This document shows positions 18,985 to 27,859 of a stretch of DNA of 64,000 nucleotides, piece after piece; the stretch's first letter is position 1, and each line of letters begins with the position of its first letter. Made by a program: the position numbers and the translations under genes. Below the pieces are notes generated by a model that searched no databases, was not told the origin of the DNA, and worked only from the letters and a program-made list of their open reading frames with translations. The stretch comes from Sphingobacteriales bacterium. Its GTDB lineage: Bacteria; Bacteroidota; Bacteroidia; Chitinophagales; CAIOSU01. The stretch spans positions 22,147 through 86,146 of the forward strand of contig JAIXOI010000009.1 of the NCBI GenBank assembly GCA_027486795.1, read 5' to 3'.

Positions 18985-19179
18985 CTAGGCTAGCTTATAG
19001 TTAGTAAAAAGGCTTTGATACTGAAGGCCGAATGTGCGAATAACCCATGTTTGTAGTTCTTGCCTATCGTTGGGCATCAACATTTTTAAGGCCTTTAACA
19101 ATTCTTTCTCAAACAACTTGCTGTCGAAACTAACCTTTTCCAGTATTGTCTTACTGTATTCAAGCATTGAAGTGGCCAT
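18985..19179 (-). CDS. small hypothetical protein
   Basis: The ORF track gives 18985-19254. I prefer the internal Met (MATSMLEYSK...), but the start is uncertain. Confidence 0.4.
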   Translation of the reverse strand: MATSMLEYSKTILEKVSFDSKLFEKELLKALKMLMPNDRQELQTWVIRTFGLQYQSLFTNYKLA

Positions 19180-19422
19180 AGCTTGATAATTTTTAGTGGT
19201 GAAACAATCAAGTACTTTAAAGTAACTAAAAACTTGCGAGACGCCCAAATTCATTGAGCACTTTCCTCGCCCGTTTAATACTCCCTAACACTTAGTTGAT
19301 TTGGTGGTAATTTACCCAAGCATTTCAACTGTTACACCGATAAAACGAATAGCTTAGGCATATGTTTTGCGAAGAAAGATTTTTAACACCTTTTTAACGA
19401 GCATTAACGTTTTTGCAAAACT

Positions 19423-21204
19423 TTACATACGCTCTGGTACATCAATTCCCAGCAGTTTAAAGGCACCTGCCAACACTTTGGCAGTAAGGTCGGCAAGGCC
19501 TAAGCGTAGGTGCTTAGCTTCCGGGGTTTCGGCATTTGCTATGCTATGATCAACATAGAACTTATTGAAGGTTTTCGCCAAGTTGTATGTGTAGCTTGCT
19601 ACCACCGATGGGTCGAAATTTCGCGCCGATTCCTGAATTATAGCTGGGTATTGGTATAGCTCAATCAACACTTCCTTCTCTAATGCTGACAAGGTATAGT
19701 TAGCAGGCAGCTCAATTTTTATATCTCCCACCTTGGTTTTGATGGATTGGATTCGGGCATAACTGTATTGTACAAATGGCCCCGTTTGGCCTTGTAGGTC
19801 AATTGATTCCTCAGGATTGAACAGCATTTTCTTTTTAGGGTCAACGCGCAGCATAAAGTATTTCAAGGCACCCATACCAATGGTTCGGAACAGCTCTTCA
19901 GCCTCTTCGCTTTCTGGGTTCTCCAGTTTACCTAGTTCCAAGGTTTGTGCTTTAGCAGCAGCTACCATTTCTCGTATCAGGTCGTCGGCATCTACTACAT
20001 TACCTTCCCTCGATTTCATACGGCCGTGCGGGAGCTCTACCAACCCATACGACAAGTGGTATATGCCTGCTGCATAGGGTTTGCCCAGCTTCTCTAAGGT
20101 AAGTTGCAGTACTTTAAAGTGATAGTTTTGCTCATCGGCTACTACATATACGTTTCGGTCCATGTGGTAATGGTCGTAGCGCAAATCGGCAGTGCCTAGG
20201 TCTTGCGTAAGGTATACTGATGTGCCATCGCTGCGCAAAAGCACTTTTTGGTCTAGTCCTTTATCAGTTAGATCAACCCAAATAGAACCATCCTCTTTTT
20301 TAAAGAAAACGCCACTAGCTAAACCTTCTAACACCAAATCGCGACCCAATAGGTAGGTTTCCGACTCAAAATAATCACGGTCAAAATCGACGCCCATTTT
20401 ATCAAAAGTAACTTGGAAACCAGCATATACCCAGTCGTTCATCTGTTTCCAAAGTGCAATGGTTTCAGCATCTCCAGCTTCCCATTTCAAGAGCATGGCT
20501 TGCACCTCAAGTTGGATGGGTGCTTTCTTTTTGGCTTCATCTTCTGTTAGGCCTTCGGCTTTTAGTTGCTCAACCTGCTCTTTATATTTCTTATCGAAAA
20601 CCACATAGTACTTGCCTACCAGGTGGTCACCTTTTATGCCGCTGCTTTCAGGTGTTTCGCCGTTGCCAAACTGCTGCCAAGCTAGCATCGATTTACAAAT
20701 GGCAATTCCCCGGTCGTTGTAGATATTCACCTTACTTACCTCATTACCTGCAAACTCTAATATAGAGGCCACAGAATAGCCCAACAGCATATTACGTATG
20801 TGCCCCAGGTGCAAGGGCTTATTGGTGTTAGGGCCGCAGTACTCTACAGTTATTTTCTGACCGGTGGGGGTACCTTTACCATATTCATGGTTGTGCAAGG
20901 CGCTGCCAAGGGTTTCTATCCAGAAGCTATCGGTTAGGCTTAGGTTCAAAAAGCCTTTGATAACACTGAAGCCCGAAACCTGAGGCACATTAGCCTGCAA
21001 GTATGCTCCAAGGTCGTTGGCGGTCTCTTCGGGTTTCTTTTTCGATACGCGCAGCAGCGGAAACACCACAACGGTGTAGTCGCCAATTTGGTCTTTGTTG
21101 GTGCGCTCCACAGCAATGCTGGCAGCCTCCATATCGGCATTATATAATTCCTTTACGGCCGCTGCACAAGCTGTGCGTATCTGTTGTTCAATGTTATTGG
21201 TCAT
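19423..21204 (-). CDS. argS: arginine--tRNA ligase
   Basis: 593 aa with HIGH-type motif (PLHLGHIRN), an anticodon-binding C-terminus ending in ...RM, full length. Confidence 0.95.
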   Translation of the reverse strand: MTNNIEQQIRTACAAAVKELYNADMEAASIAVERTNKDQIGDYTVVVFPLLRVSKKKPEETANDLGAYLQANVPQVSGFSVIKGFLNLSLTDSFWIETLGSALHNHEYGKGTPTGQKITVEYCGPNTNKPLHLGHIRNMLLGYSVASILEFAGNEVSKVNIYNDRGIAICKSMLAWQQFGNGETPESSGIKGDHLVGKYYVVFDKKYKEQVEQLKAEGLTEDEAKKKAPIQLEVQAMLLKWEAGDAETIALWKQMNDWVYAGFQVTFDKMGVDFDRDYFESETYLLGRDLVLEGLASGVFFKKEDGSIWVDLTDKGLDQKVLLRSDGTSVYLTQDLGTADLRYDHYHMDRNVYVVADEQNYHFKVLQLTLEKLGKPYAAGIYHLSYGLVELPHGRMKSREGNVVDADDLIREMVAAAKAQTLELGKLENPESEEAEELFRTIGMGALKYFMLRVDPKKKMLFNPEESIDLQGQTGPFVQYSYARIQSIKTKVGDIKIELPANYTLSALEKEVLIELYQYPAIIQESARNFDPSVVASYTYNLAKTFNKFYVDHSIANAETPEAKHLRLGLADLTAKVLAGAFKLLGIDVPERM

Positions 21205-21214
21205 TGTTGTGTTG

Positions 21215-21291
21215 GTATCAGGTAGTGAGTATCAAGTATCAAGTATCAAGTATCAAGTATCAAGTATCAAGTATCAAGTATCAAGTATCTT
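21215..21291. repeat. heptanucleotide array: two degenerate units, then (GTATCAA)x8 perfect, then one degenerate unit
   Basis: Counted directly. Perfect copies span 21229-21284. The array begins 11 nt upstream of the argS start. Confidence 0.95.
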
Positions 21292-21305
21292 TTCGTTTAT
21301 CTAAC

Positions 21306-21319
21306 ATCTGATATCTGAT
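21306..21319. repeat. (ATCTGAT)x2
   Basis: Read directly. Confidence 0.8.
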
Positions 21320-21323
21320 ATTT

Positions 21324-21390
21324 GTCTTGCGTCTTGTGTCTTGTGTCTTGTGTCTTGTGTCTTGTGTCTTGTGTCTTGTGTCTTGTGTCT
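21324..21390. repeat. heptanucleotide array: GTCTTGC, then (GTCTTGT)x8 perfect, then a partial unit
   Basis: Counted directly. Perfect copies span 21331-21386. Confidence 0.95.
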
Positions 21391-21473
21391 AAGTTTCAGG
21401 CACAAAGTTATGCCTTTAGATGCAAGATGTAATCCTATAAAAGTGAAAGTGTTTGAGAGGGAGGCTTTTCGCT

Positions 21474-21501
21474 ATGGACCATCGACCATGGACCATCGAC
21501 C
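21474..21501. repeat. (ATGGACC ATCGACC)x2
   Basis: Read directly. It ends 3 nt before the stop codon (21505-21507) of the downstream minus-strand gene. Confidence 0.9.
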
Positions 21502-21504
21502 AAA

Positions 21505-22326
21505 CTATCGTCGCCTGCCGAGCTCGAAGCTTAGGTAAGCATTCATGAAAAACGGCCTTTGCGGCTGATTGATCATGATGGGGATGTTCTTGTAGTAAAT
21601 ATCGGCAGCTACCCCAACTTCCATGGCAGTAATAAACGCATCTCTAGAGCCCCATTCAAAATTTAGACCCAACTTAATAAATGCGCCAGGTACTGGTTGC
21701 AGTTGCTTAAAACCTTTACTATATCTTGATGCACCGATAATTTCGTACCAGTTCAAAAATTTCTGGGCATTGCCGTTTTCCGGGTCATCATTATAGCGTT
21801 CGCTTTTGGCCTCAACAATAAAGGTTGAATCGTTTACTTGGGTAATGTATGCCAAATCGAGGTAATACGGTTTCAAGAAACCCAACGATATGCCGCCCAT
21901 ATACACCAAAGCCAGGTTTACACCGTTCTTTTTGGCTTTCTCTGCTATGTTCTTTTTGTATCCAAAGGCCGCACGGAGGGTAAAAAATTCATTTTGCTTG
22001 CCGTAATAAAAATCTCGAGGCGAATCGAACCCTGAAATGGCAAGGTTGAAATCGGCGCTTTGTTTTTTCTCCTTCGGGTGGCGAATGTCGGAGAACTCAA
22101 TCATCCACAACCGGGTTTTGTGAATGTTGATGATTTTACCGGTATTCATATAAAAGCCCCAACCGTTGCTGGCTATTTTGCCGCCGAAAGTCATCTCCTT
22201 GTTGTAAATGATGCCTTTTTTCTCAATCTCCTTCTTCACCTTACGCTGCTGCGCATAGGTGGTTGTGGTGCTTAAAAGCACCAACAGCAAGAAGAAAGTG
22301 AAAATCCGCATCAAAGATTTATACAT
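21505..22326 (-). CDS. hypothetical outer-membrane/secreted protein
   Basis: A signal peptide begins at the internal Met (MYKSLMRIFTFFLLLVLLSTTTTYAQQ), so I set the start at 22326. The sequence is rich in aromatic/Gly beta-strand-like segments. Confidence 0.55.
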   Translation of the reverse strand: MYKSLMRIFTFFLLLVLLSTTTTYAQQRKVKKEIEKKGIIYNKEMTFGGKIASNGWGFYMNTGKIINIHKTRLWMIEFSDIRHPKEKKQSADFNLAISGFDSPRDFYYGKQNEFFTLRAAFGYKKNIAEKAKKNGVNLALVYMGGISLGFLKPYYLDLAYITQVNDSTFIVEAKSERYNDDPENGNAQKFLNWYEIIGASRYSKGFKQLQPVPGAFIKLGLNFEWGSRDAFITAMEVGVAADIYYKNIPIMINQPQRPFFMNAYLSFELGRRR

Positions 22327-22377
22327 GTAGCAACCCAAAATAGTTCTTAAATTTATCAAAAATTTAACACACTGACC

Positions 22378-22782
22378 ATGACAGCCGAAATAATTTACGA
22401 AGGTGGCCTGCGCACTCGTGCCGTTCATACCCAATCAGGCTACGAAATAGTGACCGACGCCCCTACCGATAATCATGGCCAAGGTGCGGCTTTTTCGCCA
22501 ACCGATTTGGTGGCTACTGCCCTAGGTAGTTGCATGCTTACTCTTATGGGCATTTACGCCAACAACCACAACCTAGCCATTGAGGGCACACGCGTAACCA
22601 TACAAAAAGTAATGGCCACCGACCCACGCCGCATTAGCGAAGTGCAGGTGCGCATGCTGATACCTGCAGGATCGCTTACGGATATAGAACGCAAAAAACT
22701 TGAAAACGTTGCGCTCACGTGCCCAGTTGCCAAAAGCCTGCATCCAGATATTTATCAGGATGTAGTATTCGAATACATATAG
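22378..22782 (+). CDS. OsmC-family protein
   Basis: 134 aa. Typical OsmC core (SPTDLVATALGSCMLTLMG) and a second Cys (LTCPVAKSL). Confidence 0.8.
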   Translation: MTAEIIYEGGLRTRAVHTQSGYEIVTDAPTDNHGQGAAFSPTDLVATALGSCMLTLMGIYANNHNLAIEGTRVTIQKVMATDPRRISEVQVRMLIPAGSLTDIERKKLENVALTCPVAKSLHPDIYQDVVFEYI

Positions 22783-22809
22783 GCTGAGGTCAATTGGCAA
22801 GGATTCAGC

Positions 22810-23796
22810 TTACTTTTTGTCGAACCAATCAATAACCGTCTTTTTCTTGCCAATGTTTCGCGGGATGGTATAAACATTTAGTTCATTGGGTCCAACTAAG
22901 CGCACGCCACCGCCATTGCGAAAGTTGTTTCCATCGGCTACGTAAAATTGTTTGCTCACGGTCTTTTTGAGCGTAAACTTTTTGGTTTCGTTGCTGAACG
23001 ATACTTCAAACAAATCAACAAAGTTGCCATCCTTGCTACGGAAAAATGCCATCATATATATCTTGCCATCGGCACCCGTAAATAGGTTTATACCTTGGTA
23101 GCTTGGCCATAACTTGTTTATCCATTCATCCTTTTCGCCTTTAGTGGGTGTGTAGGTTTGTATCAGTTCAAATTTGCATTTGGGGTCGCTGAGTGGCTTG
23201 GCGTTGCTCCAGTAAAAATCGATGGTATTGGCATCCCAAGTAGCCACTGCAAGTAGGTGCTGTGTGTCAAAAAATGTAATGCCCACTGCTCCAGCGGTTT
23301 TCGTTTTAAACTCCCCGTTGCGATCGATGGTAATAGCTGGAGTTACATCGCTTGTGCCTGGGTTGCTAATATTGTAAAACAATATTTTAGAACTGTTTTT
23401 ATCCAAATTATCCTCAACGCCCACCACTAAAAAATCGCCGATAACCTGGCACCCGCCTGCATGGTCGAGCGGGGTGTTGAGCAGCACATTGTAGCGCACC
23501 ACTTTTTGCACGGTATCGTTAATGTCAATCATGGCATAATAGGCGCTGCTATCGCTGCTGCCTGTTACAATCATGTACTCGGTGGTGCCATTGGTGTAGT
23601 ACTGCACCCCTTGCAAATGGCCGCCCTCGTTGCGAATGGTAAAATCGGGGTTCTTAAAAGGCACTTTGGTGCGTTCAACTTTTACGTTCTCAAATGCCTT
23701 TGGTATATCGGTAGTAGCAGGGTTTTTATCGTTGTTTTGTGCCATTATCAAAATAAACGGCAGCATCAATCCAAAGAAAAGGGCAACTCTTAGCAT
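22810..23796 (-). CDS. hypothetical secreted protein
   Basis: Signal peptide at the internal Met (MLRVALFFGLMLPFILIMAQ). Beta-rich. No family recognised. Confidence 0.5.
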   Translation of the reverse strand: MLRVALFFGLMLPFILIMAQNNDKNPATTDIPKAFENVKVERTKVPFKNPDFTIRNEGGHLQGVQYYTNGTTEYMIVTGSSDSSAYYAMIDINDTVQKVVRYNVLLNTPLDHAGGCQVIGDFLVVGVEDNLDKNSSKILFYNISNPGTSDVTPAITIDRNGEFKTKTAGAVGITFFDTQHLLAVATWDANTIDFYWSNAKPLSDPKCKFELIQTYTPTKGEKDEWINKLWPSYQGINLFTGADGKIYMMAFFRSKDGNFVDLFEVSFSNETKKFTLKKTVSKQFYVADGNNFRNGGGVRLVGPNELNVYTIPRNIGKKKTVIDWFDKK

Positions 23797-23840
23797 TGGT
23801 ATTTTTTTATAAAAATAGGCAAAGAGCATAGGATTGACAA

Positions 23841-25226
23841 TTATGCCCCAATGCCCACTGGCAACAAAGCCATAGGTAAAGCCTCGGCCTGCTGCCTAAT
23901 CTCGCGTAAGGCGGTCGTTTCCCATAAGTTGCCCTTCCTTAACGAGCCAATAGCAAATAATCCCATTTGGGTATTTCCATTGCTATTAATCAACTCACCA
24001 TTTACATTAGTATTCAATCCCATTTGCAGTGCACCGGTAGTTGCATAGCCACTTTGTAAAAGTTGCTCAAGCAGCGGGTCGCCACTGCGGGTCAGGTCAG
24101 TTACAGGGCCAGTACAGTTAATAATTAGGTCGGTTTCAAAGGTCACACTAGCTTGCGTATGCCTTGGGCGATAGGTAATAATGGTTTTCTCATCATTACC
24201 GTTGATGATATTTGTAATGCGGCCCTTCAATAATTGCAAATTACCACTCTGGATAAGGTTTTGCACTAACTGGTGCGAAAACGCAGGCACTCGGTGTCGA
24301 TGTATTTCCCAAAATGGCTGCAAATGGCGCATAAAGCATTGCTTTTCGTCATCAGACAATGTTTGCCACAAAGTTGGTATCTCGGGTCGAATGTTATGGA
24401 AAATAGTGCGCCAACCGCTGCCTTGTGCTTCCGCTTCTTTCGCTAATTCACGGAAAGCTTTTAACAATTCGTATGTAGACTCTTTAGGACCTAAAGTAAG
24501 GTGGTTGTGCGGTTCAGGTATTTCTGGAAGCGGTACTAACCCGTGGCGCGATAGTACCCGTATAGGACCATGGTAACCTTGTTTATCTAGTTCAATTATG
24601 GAATCAACCATACTCAAACCGCTACCAACAATGAGTACTTGTTTGCTCGAATCAATCTTTGGCAATCCTTCCCAAGAATGTATTATGGGCAGTTCCAAGT
24701 TGCGAGAATTTGGTGGCAAAAAGATGGCTTTTTGCGGCGGCACGTTACCTGATGCCAGTATTACTTGGTGGTATGTTGTTTTTAAATCGTTAGTTGCCAA
24801 AATATACCCTTCATTGCTTGGGGTAATTGACAATACCTTGTCCGCAATAACTTCCAGTTCATGATCGCCACCACATGTAGCAACTGTTTTTTGAAAAATG
24901 TCGGTTAGATAGTCCCCAAAAATTTTTCTTGGCACATAATCTTCCATTTCTGCGCCATAAATGCAGGCTTTGAGGCGGGTTTCATTTTCGTGTAGCCACT
25001 GGTAAAAATGGTTGGGCTCTTGACTAAAAAGGCTCATTCGGCTTATCGGCACATTCAATGGCTGGTGCACATTGTTTTCGCGGTAAGCTGCTCCTCGGTT
25101 TAGTTGTGCAGGTTCTTGCTCGTATAAATCAATCCTAACAGGAGTATGTTGCTGCCTTAATAAGTTGATGGTCGTTAGGGTGCCGCTCAATCCGCTGCCT
25201 ATTATTGCTATTTTGGTAAGTGCCAT
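23841..25226 (-). CDS. FAD/NAD(P)-binding oxidoreductase-like protein
   Basis: N-terminal Rossmann GxGxxG (IAIIGSGLSGT) and a second dinucleotide-binding segment (VLIVGSGLSMVD). Confidence 0.65.
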   Translation of the reverse strand: MALTKIAIIGSGLSGTLTTINLLRQQHTPVRIDLYEQEPAQLNRGAAYRENNVHQPLNVPISRMSLFSQEPNHFYQWLHENETRLKACIYGAEMEDYVPRKIFGDYLTDIFQKTVATCGGDHELEVIADKVLSITPSNEGYILATNDLKTTYHQVILASGNVPPQKAIFLPPNSRNLELPIIHSWEGLPKIDSSKQVLIVGSGLSMVDSIIELDKQGYHGPIRVLSRHGLVPLPEIPEPHNHLTLGPKESTYELLKAFRELAKEAEAQGSGWRTIFHNIRPEIPTLWQTLSDDEKQCFMRHLQPFWEIHRHRVPAFSHQLVQNLIQSGNLQLLKGRITNIINGNDEKTIITYRPRHTQASVTFETDLIINCTGPVTDLTRSGDPLLEQLLQSGYATTGALQMGLNTNVNGELINSNGNTQMGLFAIGSLRKGNLWETTALREIRQQAEALPMALLPVGIGA

Positions 25227-25346
25227 AATACTGTTTGTTGAAACAAAAGTACTAAAAGTCTATAAGCCTAATAGGGTAATTGAAAACATTTGCATTTTTT
25301 TAATAGATTTCTATGATTTTCTTGCTTGTCCACATAAGTTCAAAAA

Positions 25347-25374
25347 GTGATTAGGTAACGGTGATTAGGTTAGA
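25347..25374. repeat. (GTGATTA GGTAACG)(GTGATTA GGTTAGA), a 14-nt unit x2
   Basis: Read directly. Confidence 0.8.
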
Positions 25375-25432
25375 TAATTTTACCAAACACAGTTGAAATA
25401 TAAGAGGACAGATGAAAAATAAAGAAATAGTT

Positions 25433-25467
25433 AACCAATAACCAATAACCAATAACCATTAACCAAA
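25433..25467. repeat. (AACCAAT)x3 followed by AACCATT and AACCAAA
   Basis: Five 7-nt units end exactly at the rdgB ATG (25468). Confidence 0.95.
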
Positions 25468-26052
25468 ATGTACCACGGAACCCTCGTTTTTGCAACCGGA
25501 AATGCCAATAAAGTAAAAGAAGTGCAAGCGCTGGTGGGCGATGATGTGGCGGTTAAGAGCCTGCACGACCTTGGCTACTTTGAGGAGTTGAGCGAAACGC
25601 ACGATACCCTTGAGGGCAATGCACTAGAAAAGGCACAGTTTATTTTTGAGAAATTCGGTGAGAATTGCTTTAGTGAGGATACTGGTTTAGAAGTAGATGC
25701 GTTAAACGGTGAGCCAGGGGTATATTCGGCCCGATATGCCGGACCAGATAAAGGCGCCGAAGACAATATGGCCTTGCTTTTAGAAAAGCTAAAAGGCCAG
25801 ACCAACCGAAAAGCACGCTTCCGTACCGTAATTTCTTTGATCATTGATGCTAAAGAATTCCGCTTCGAAGGGATAGTGGAAGGGCAGATTTTAGAAGCCC
25901 GGAAAGGTACGGCTGGCTTCGGTTACGACCCCATTTTTGAACCCACCGGTTATGACCGTTCTTTTGCTGAAATGAGCTTAGCAGAGAAGGCCCCAATTAG
26001 CCATCGTGGGAAGGCGGTTTCGCAGTTATTAAAATTTCTGAAATTTTTTTAG
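25468..26052 (+). CDS. rdgB: RdgB/HAM1-family non-canonical purine NTP pyrophosphatase
   Basis: FATGNANKVKE N-terminus, FGYDPIF and SHRGKA motifs. Confidence 0.92.
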   Translation: MYHGTLVFATGNANKVKEVQALVGDDVAVKSLHDLGYFEELSETHDTLEGNALEKAQFIFEKFGENCFSEDTGLEVDALNGEPGVYSARYAGPDKGAEDNMALLLEKLKGQTNRKARFRTVISLIIDAKEFRFEGIVEGQILEARKGTAGFGYDPIFEPTGYDRSFAEMSLAEKAPISHRGKAVSQLLKFLKFF

Positions 26053-26121
26053 TATTTTCAAAGGAAACTATTGCGAAAGACAAAGTTTCTTTGTAATATT
26101 AAAGCATAATCATTCCTTCTC

Positions 26122-26703
26122 ATGAAATTCGGGTTCATCGGCTCCTATTCTGAAGATCAAATCATCAACGGATGCGTTGTTGGAGATCGTACAGCGCAGC
26201 AAACGCTGTATAGCCGCTATTCACCGAAAATGTTTGCCATTTGCCTTCGTTATGCTAAAGATTACCACAGCGCCGAAGACATTTTGCAGGAGGGCTTCAT
26301 CAAGGTTTTTAGGTACATTTCAAACTTCCGTCGCGAGGGTTCTTTCGAGGGTTGGATGCGCCGCATTTTTGTTAATACAGCCATTGAGCATTTGCGCAAA
26401 GCAGTAAGTCTTTATTCCATTGTGGATGATGAGGACAAGCCAATGGATATATTGGACGAGAGCGCCTTTGATGCATTGGATTACCAAGATTTGCTTAACA
26501 TGGTACAGAGCCTTTCGCCAGGCTACCGTACCGTTTTCAATCTATACGTGGTTGAAGGTTATAGCCATAAAGAGATTGCGAAGTTATTGAACATTAGCGA
26601 AGGTACTTCGAAATCTCAACTGGCCCGTGCCCGCATGATTCTGCAAAAGAAAGTGGAGTCTTCTCAACGCCTGCCTTTGGAAGGCACTTCAGATTGGGGC
26701 TAA
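26122..26703 (+). CDS. RNA polymerase ECF-type sigma-70 family factor
   Basis: Region 2 (EDILQEGFIKVF) and region 4 HTH (SHKEIAKLLNISEGTSKSQLARAR). No anti-sigma gene follows. Confidence 0.88.
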   Translation: MKFGFIGSYSEDQIINGCVVGDRTAQQTLYSRYSPKMFAICLRYAKDYHSAEDILQEGFIKVFRYISNFRREGSFEGWMRRIFVNTAIEHLRKAVSLYSIVDDEDKPMDILDESAFDALDYQDLLNMVQSLSPGYRTVFNLYVVEGYSHKEIAKLLNISEGTSKSQLARARMILQKKVESSQRLPLEGTSDWG

Positions 26704-26859
26704 TTGATACTTTTATCGCTTCGGGAAATGGTGTTTGAATAACTATTTTACTCACTACCCGACCATTACCCCCACCCAACCTCCCCCTGAAATGGGGAGG
26801 AGCTTACCGTAGTTTATTCAGCGTAGGTGCAATTTAACGTAAGGCCTTACCTTTGCACC

Positions 26860-27399
26860 ATGAAATTCCCGAAAATAACCAACGATGCCCTTGGGCGCAT
26901 GGATGTAGCCGCATACAAATCCGCGTCCAAAACCCCGCTGGTAATTGTGCTTGATAATATACGCAGCCACAACAATGTGGGCTCGGTGTTTCGCACTGCC
27001 GATGCCTTTAGGGCACAGGCTATTTACCTTTGTGGCTATACCGACAAACCACCCCACCGCGACATACATAAAACCGCCCTTGGCGCCACCGAGAGCGTTG
27101 ATTGGCAATATTTTGAAACAACAGCCCTAGCTTTGGCGGCGCTTAAAGCCGAAGGCTACCATATATGGGCCATTGAGCAAGCTGATGGTAGAACGATGCT
27201 CAATGAATTGAATCTATCCACCGGGGGCAAGCATGCCGTTGTATTTGGCAATGAGGTCAATGGCGTTGATGATGAAGTAATGGCTATGGTAGATGGTGTA
27301 ATAGAAATACCCCAATTCGGCACCAAACACTCTTTGAATATATCGGTTAGTGCCGGCATCGTTATCTGGGAGTTTTGGCGGCAATTGGGGATTGGTTGA
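26860..27399 (+). CDS. TrmH/SpoU-family RNA 2'-O-methyltransferase
   Basis: SpoU motifs (NVGSVFRTADAF, VFGNEVNGV, HSLNISVSAGIVIWE). I prefer the ATG at 26860 to the upstream GTG at 26827. Confidence 0.85.
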   Translation: MKFPKITNDALGRMDVAAYKSASKTPLVIVLDNIRSHNNVGSVFRTADAFRAQAIYLCGYTDKPPHRDIHKTALGATESVDWQYFETTALALAALKAEGYHIWAIEQADGRTMLNELNLSTGGKHAVVFGNEVNGVDDEVMAMVDGVIEIPQFGTKHSLNISVSAGIVIWEFWRQLGIG

Positions 27400-27457
27400 T
27401 TGGTTATGGGTTGATTGGTAATTGGTTGATTAGTTATTGGTTATTGGTTGACTGGTA
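27391..27457. repeat. array of ATTGGTT-type units (reverse complement of AACCAAT), period 7 with occasional 8
   Basis: Read directly. The first unit supplies the last codons and the TGA stop (27397-27399) of the TrmH-family gene. Confidence 0.9.
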
Positions 27458-27540
27458 ATGCGTGCTGTGCTTAAAGCGCAACGTTACCATAGCTTGTTAG
27501 AAGCAAGTTAACGTGTTACAGGCTTGCCTGCGTAAGGCGG

Positions 27541-27840
27541 GACAGGCTGAAGGCGCTGCGTCCGTTTCGTCCTCGTCAAAATAAGACGAGCACGATTAGG
27601 GTTACGTATAGCGTGCTTGTCAGAATCAGAATTACTAGAATTTTAGAATTACCGAATCAATACTTGAAACACAATTCTAAAATTCTTTAATTCTGGAAAT
27701 TCTGGTTCAGACAATGGCACTGGCGTCTGTAGACGCTGGGTCCGTTTCATCCTCGTCAAAATAAGACGGGGATGAGTGGGGGCAACGTTTGTATCTTCCT
27801 CGTCAAAAATACGTGAACGAATAAGGGTTAAAACAGTTTA
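27541..27840. repeat. cluster of repeated hairpin elements flanking a long imperfect palindrome
   Basis: A 29-nt direct repeat GTCCGTTTC(G/A)TCCTCGTCAAAATAAGACG occurs at 27560 and 27740 with one mismatch, and a diverged third copy lies near 27797. The palindrome arms are 27621-27650 and 27673-27705. Confidence 0.85.
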
Positions 27841-27859
27841 ATTATTCCAAATAAATAAG

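Noticed and set aside
11040-21300. T-box or other riboswitch leaders upstream of thrS and argS.
   Set aside because: thrS has no leader because its start overlaps the upstream gene. The argS upstream region is filled by heptamer arrays without a specifier-loop or T-box-like sequence. T-box leaders are also mainly a Firmicutes feature, as far as I recall.
21003-21538. ORF-track ORFs 21003-21311, 21095-21304 and 21341-21538, with repetitive translations (SIKYQVS..., CVLCLVS...).
   Set aside because: They read through the heptanucleotide arrays. Their repeated peptides are a translation artefact of period-7 DNA. They also overlap the 5' end of argS and the intergenic region.
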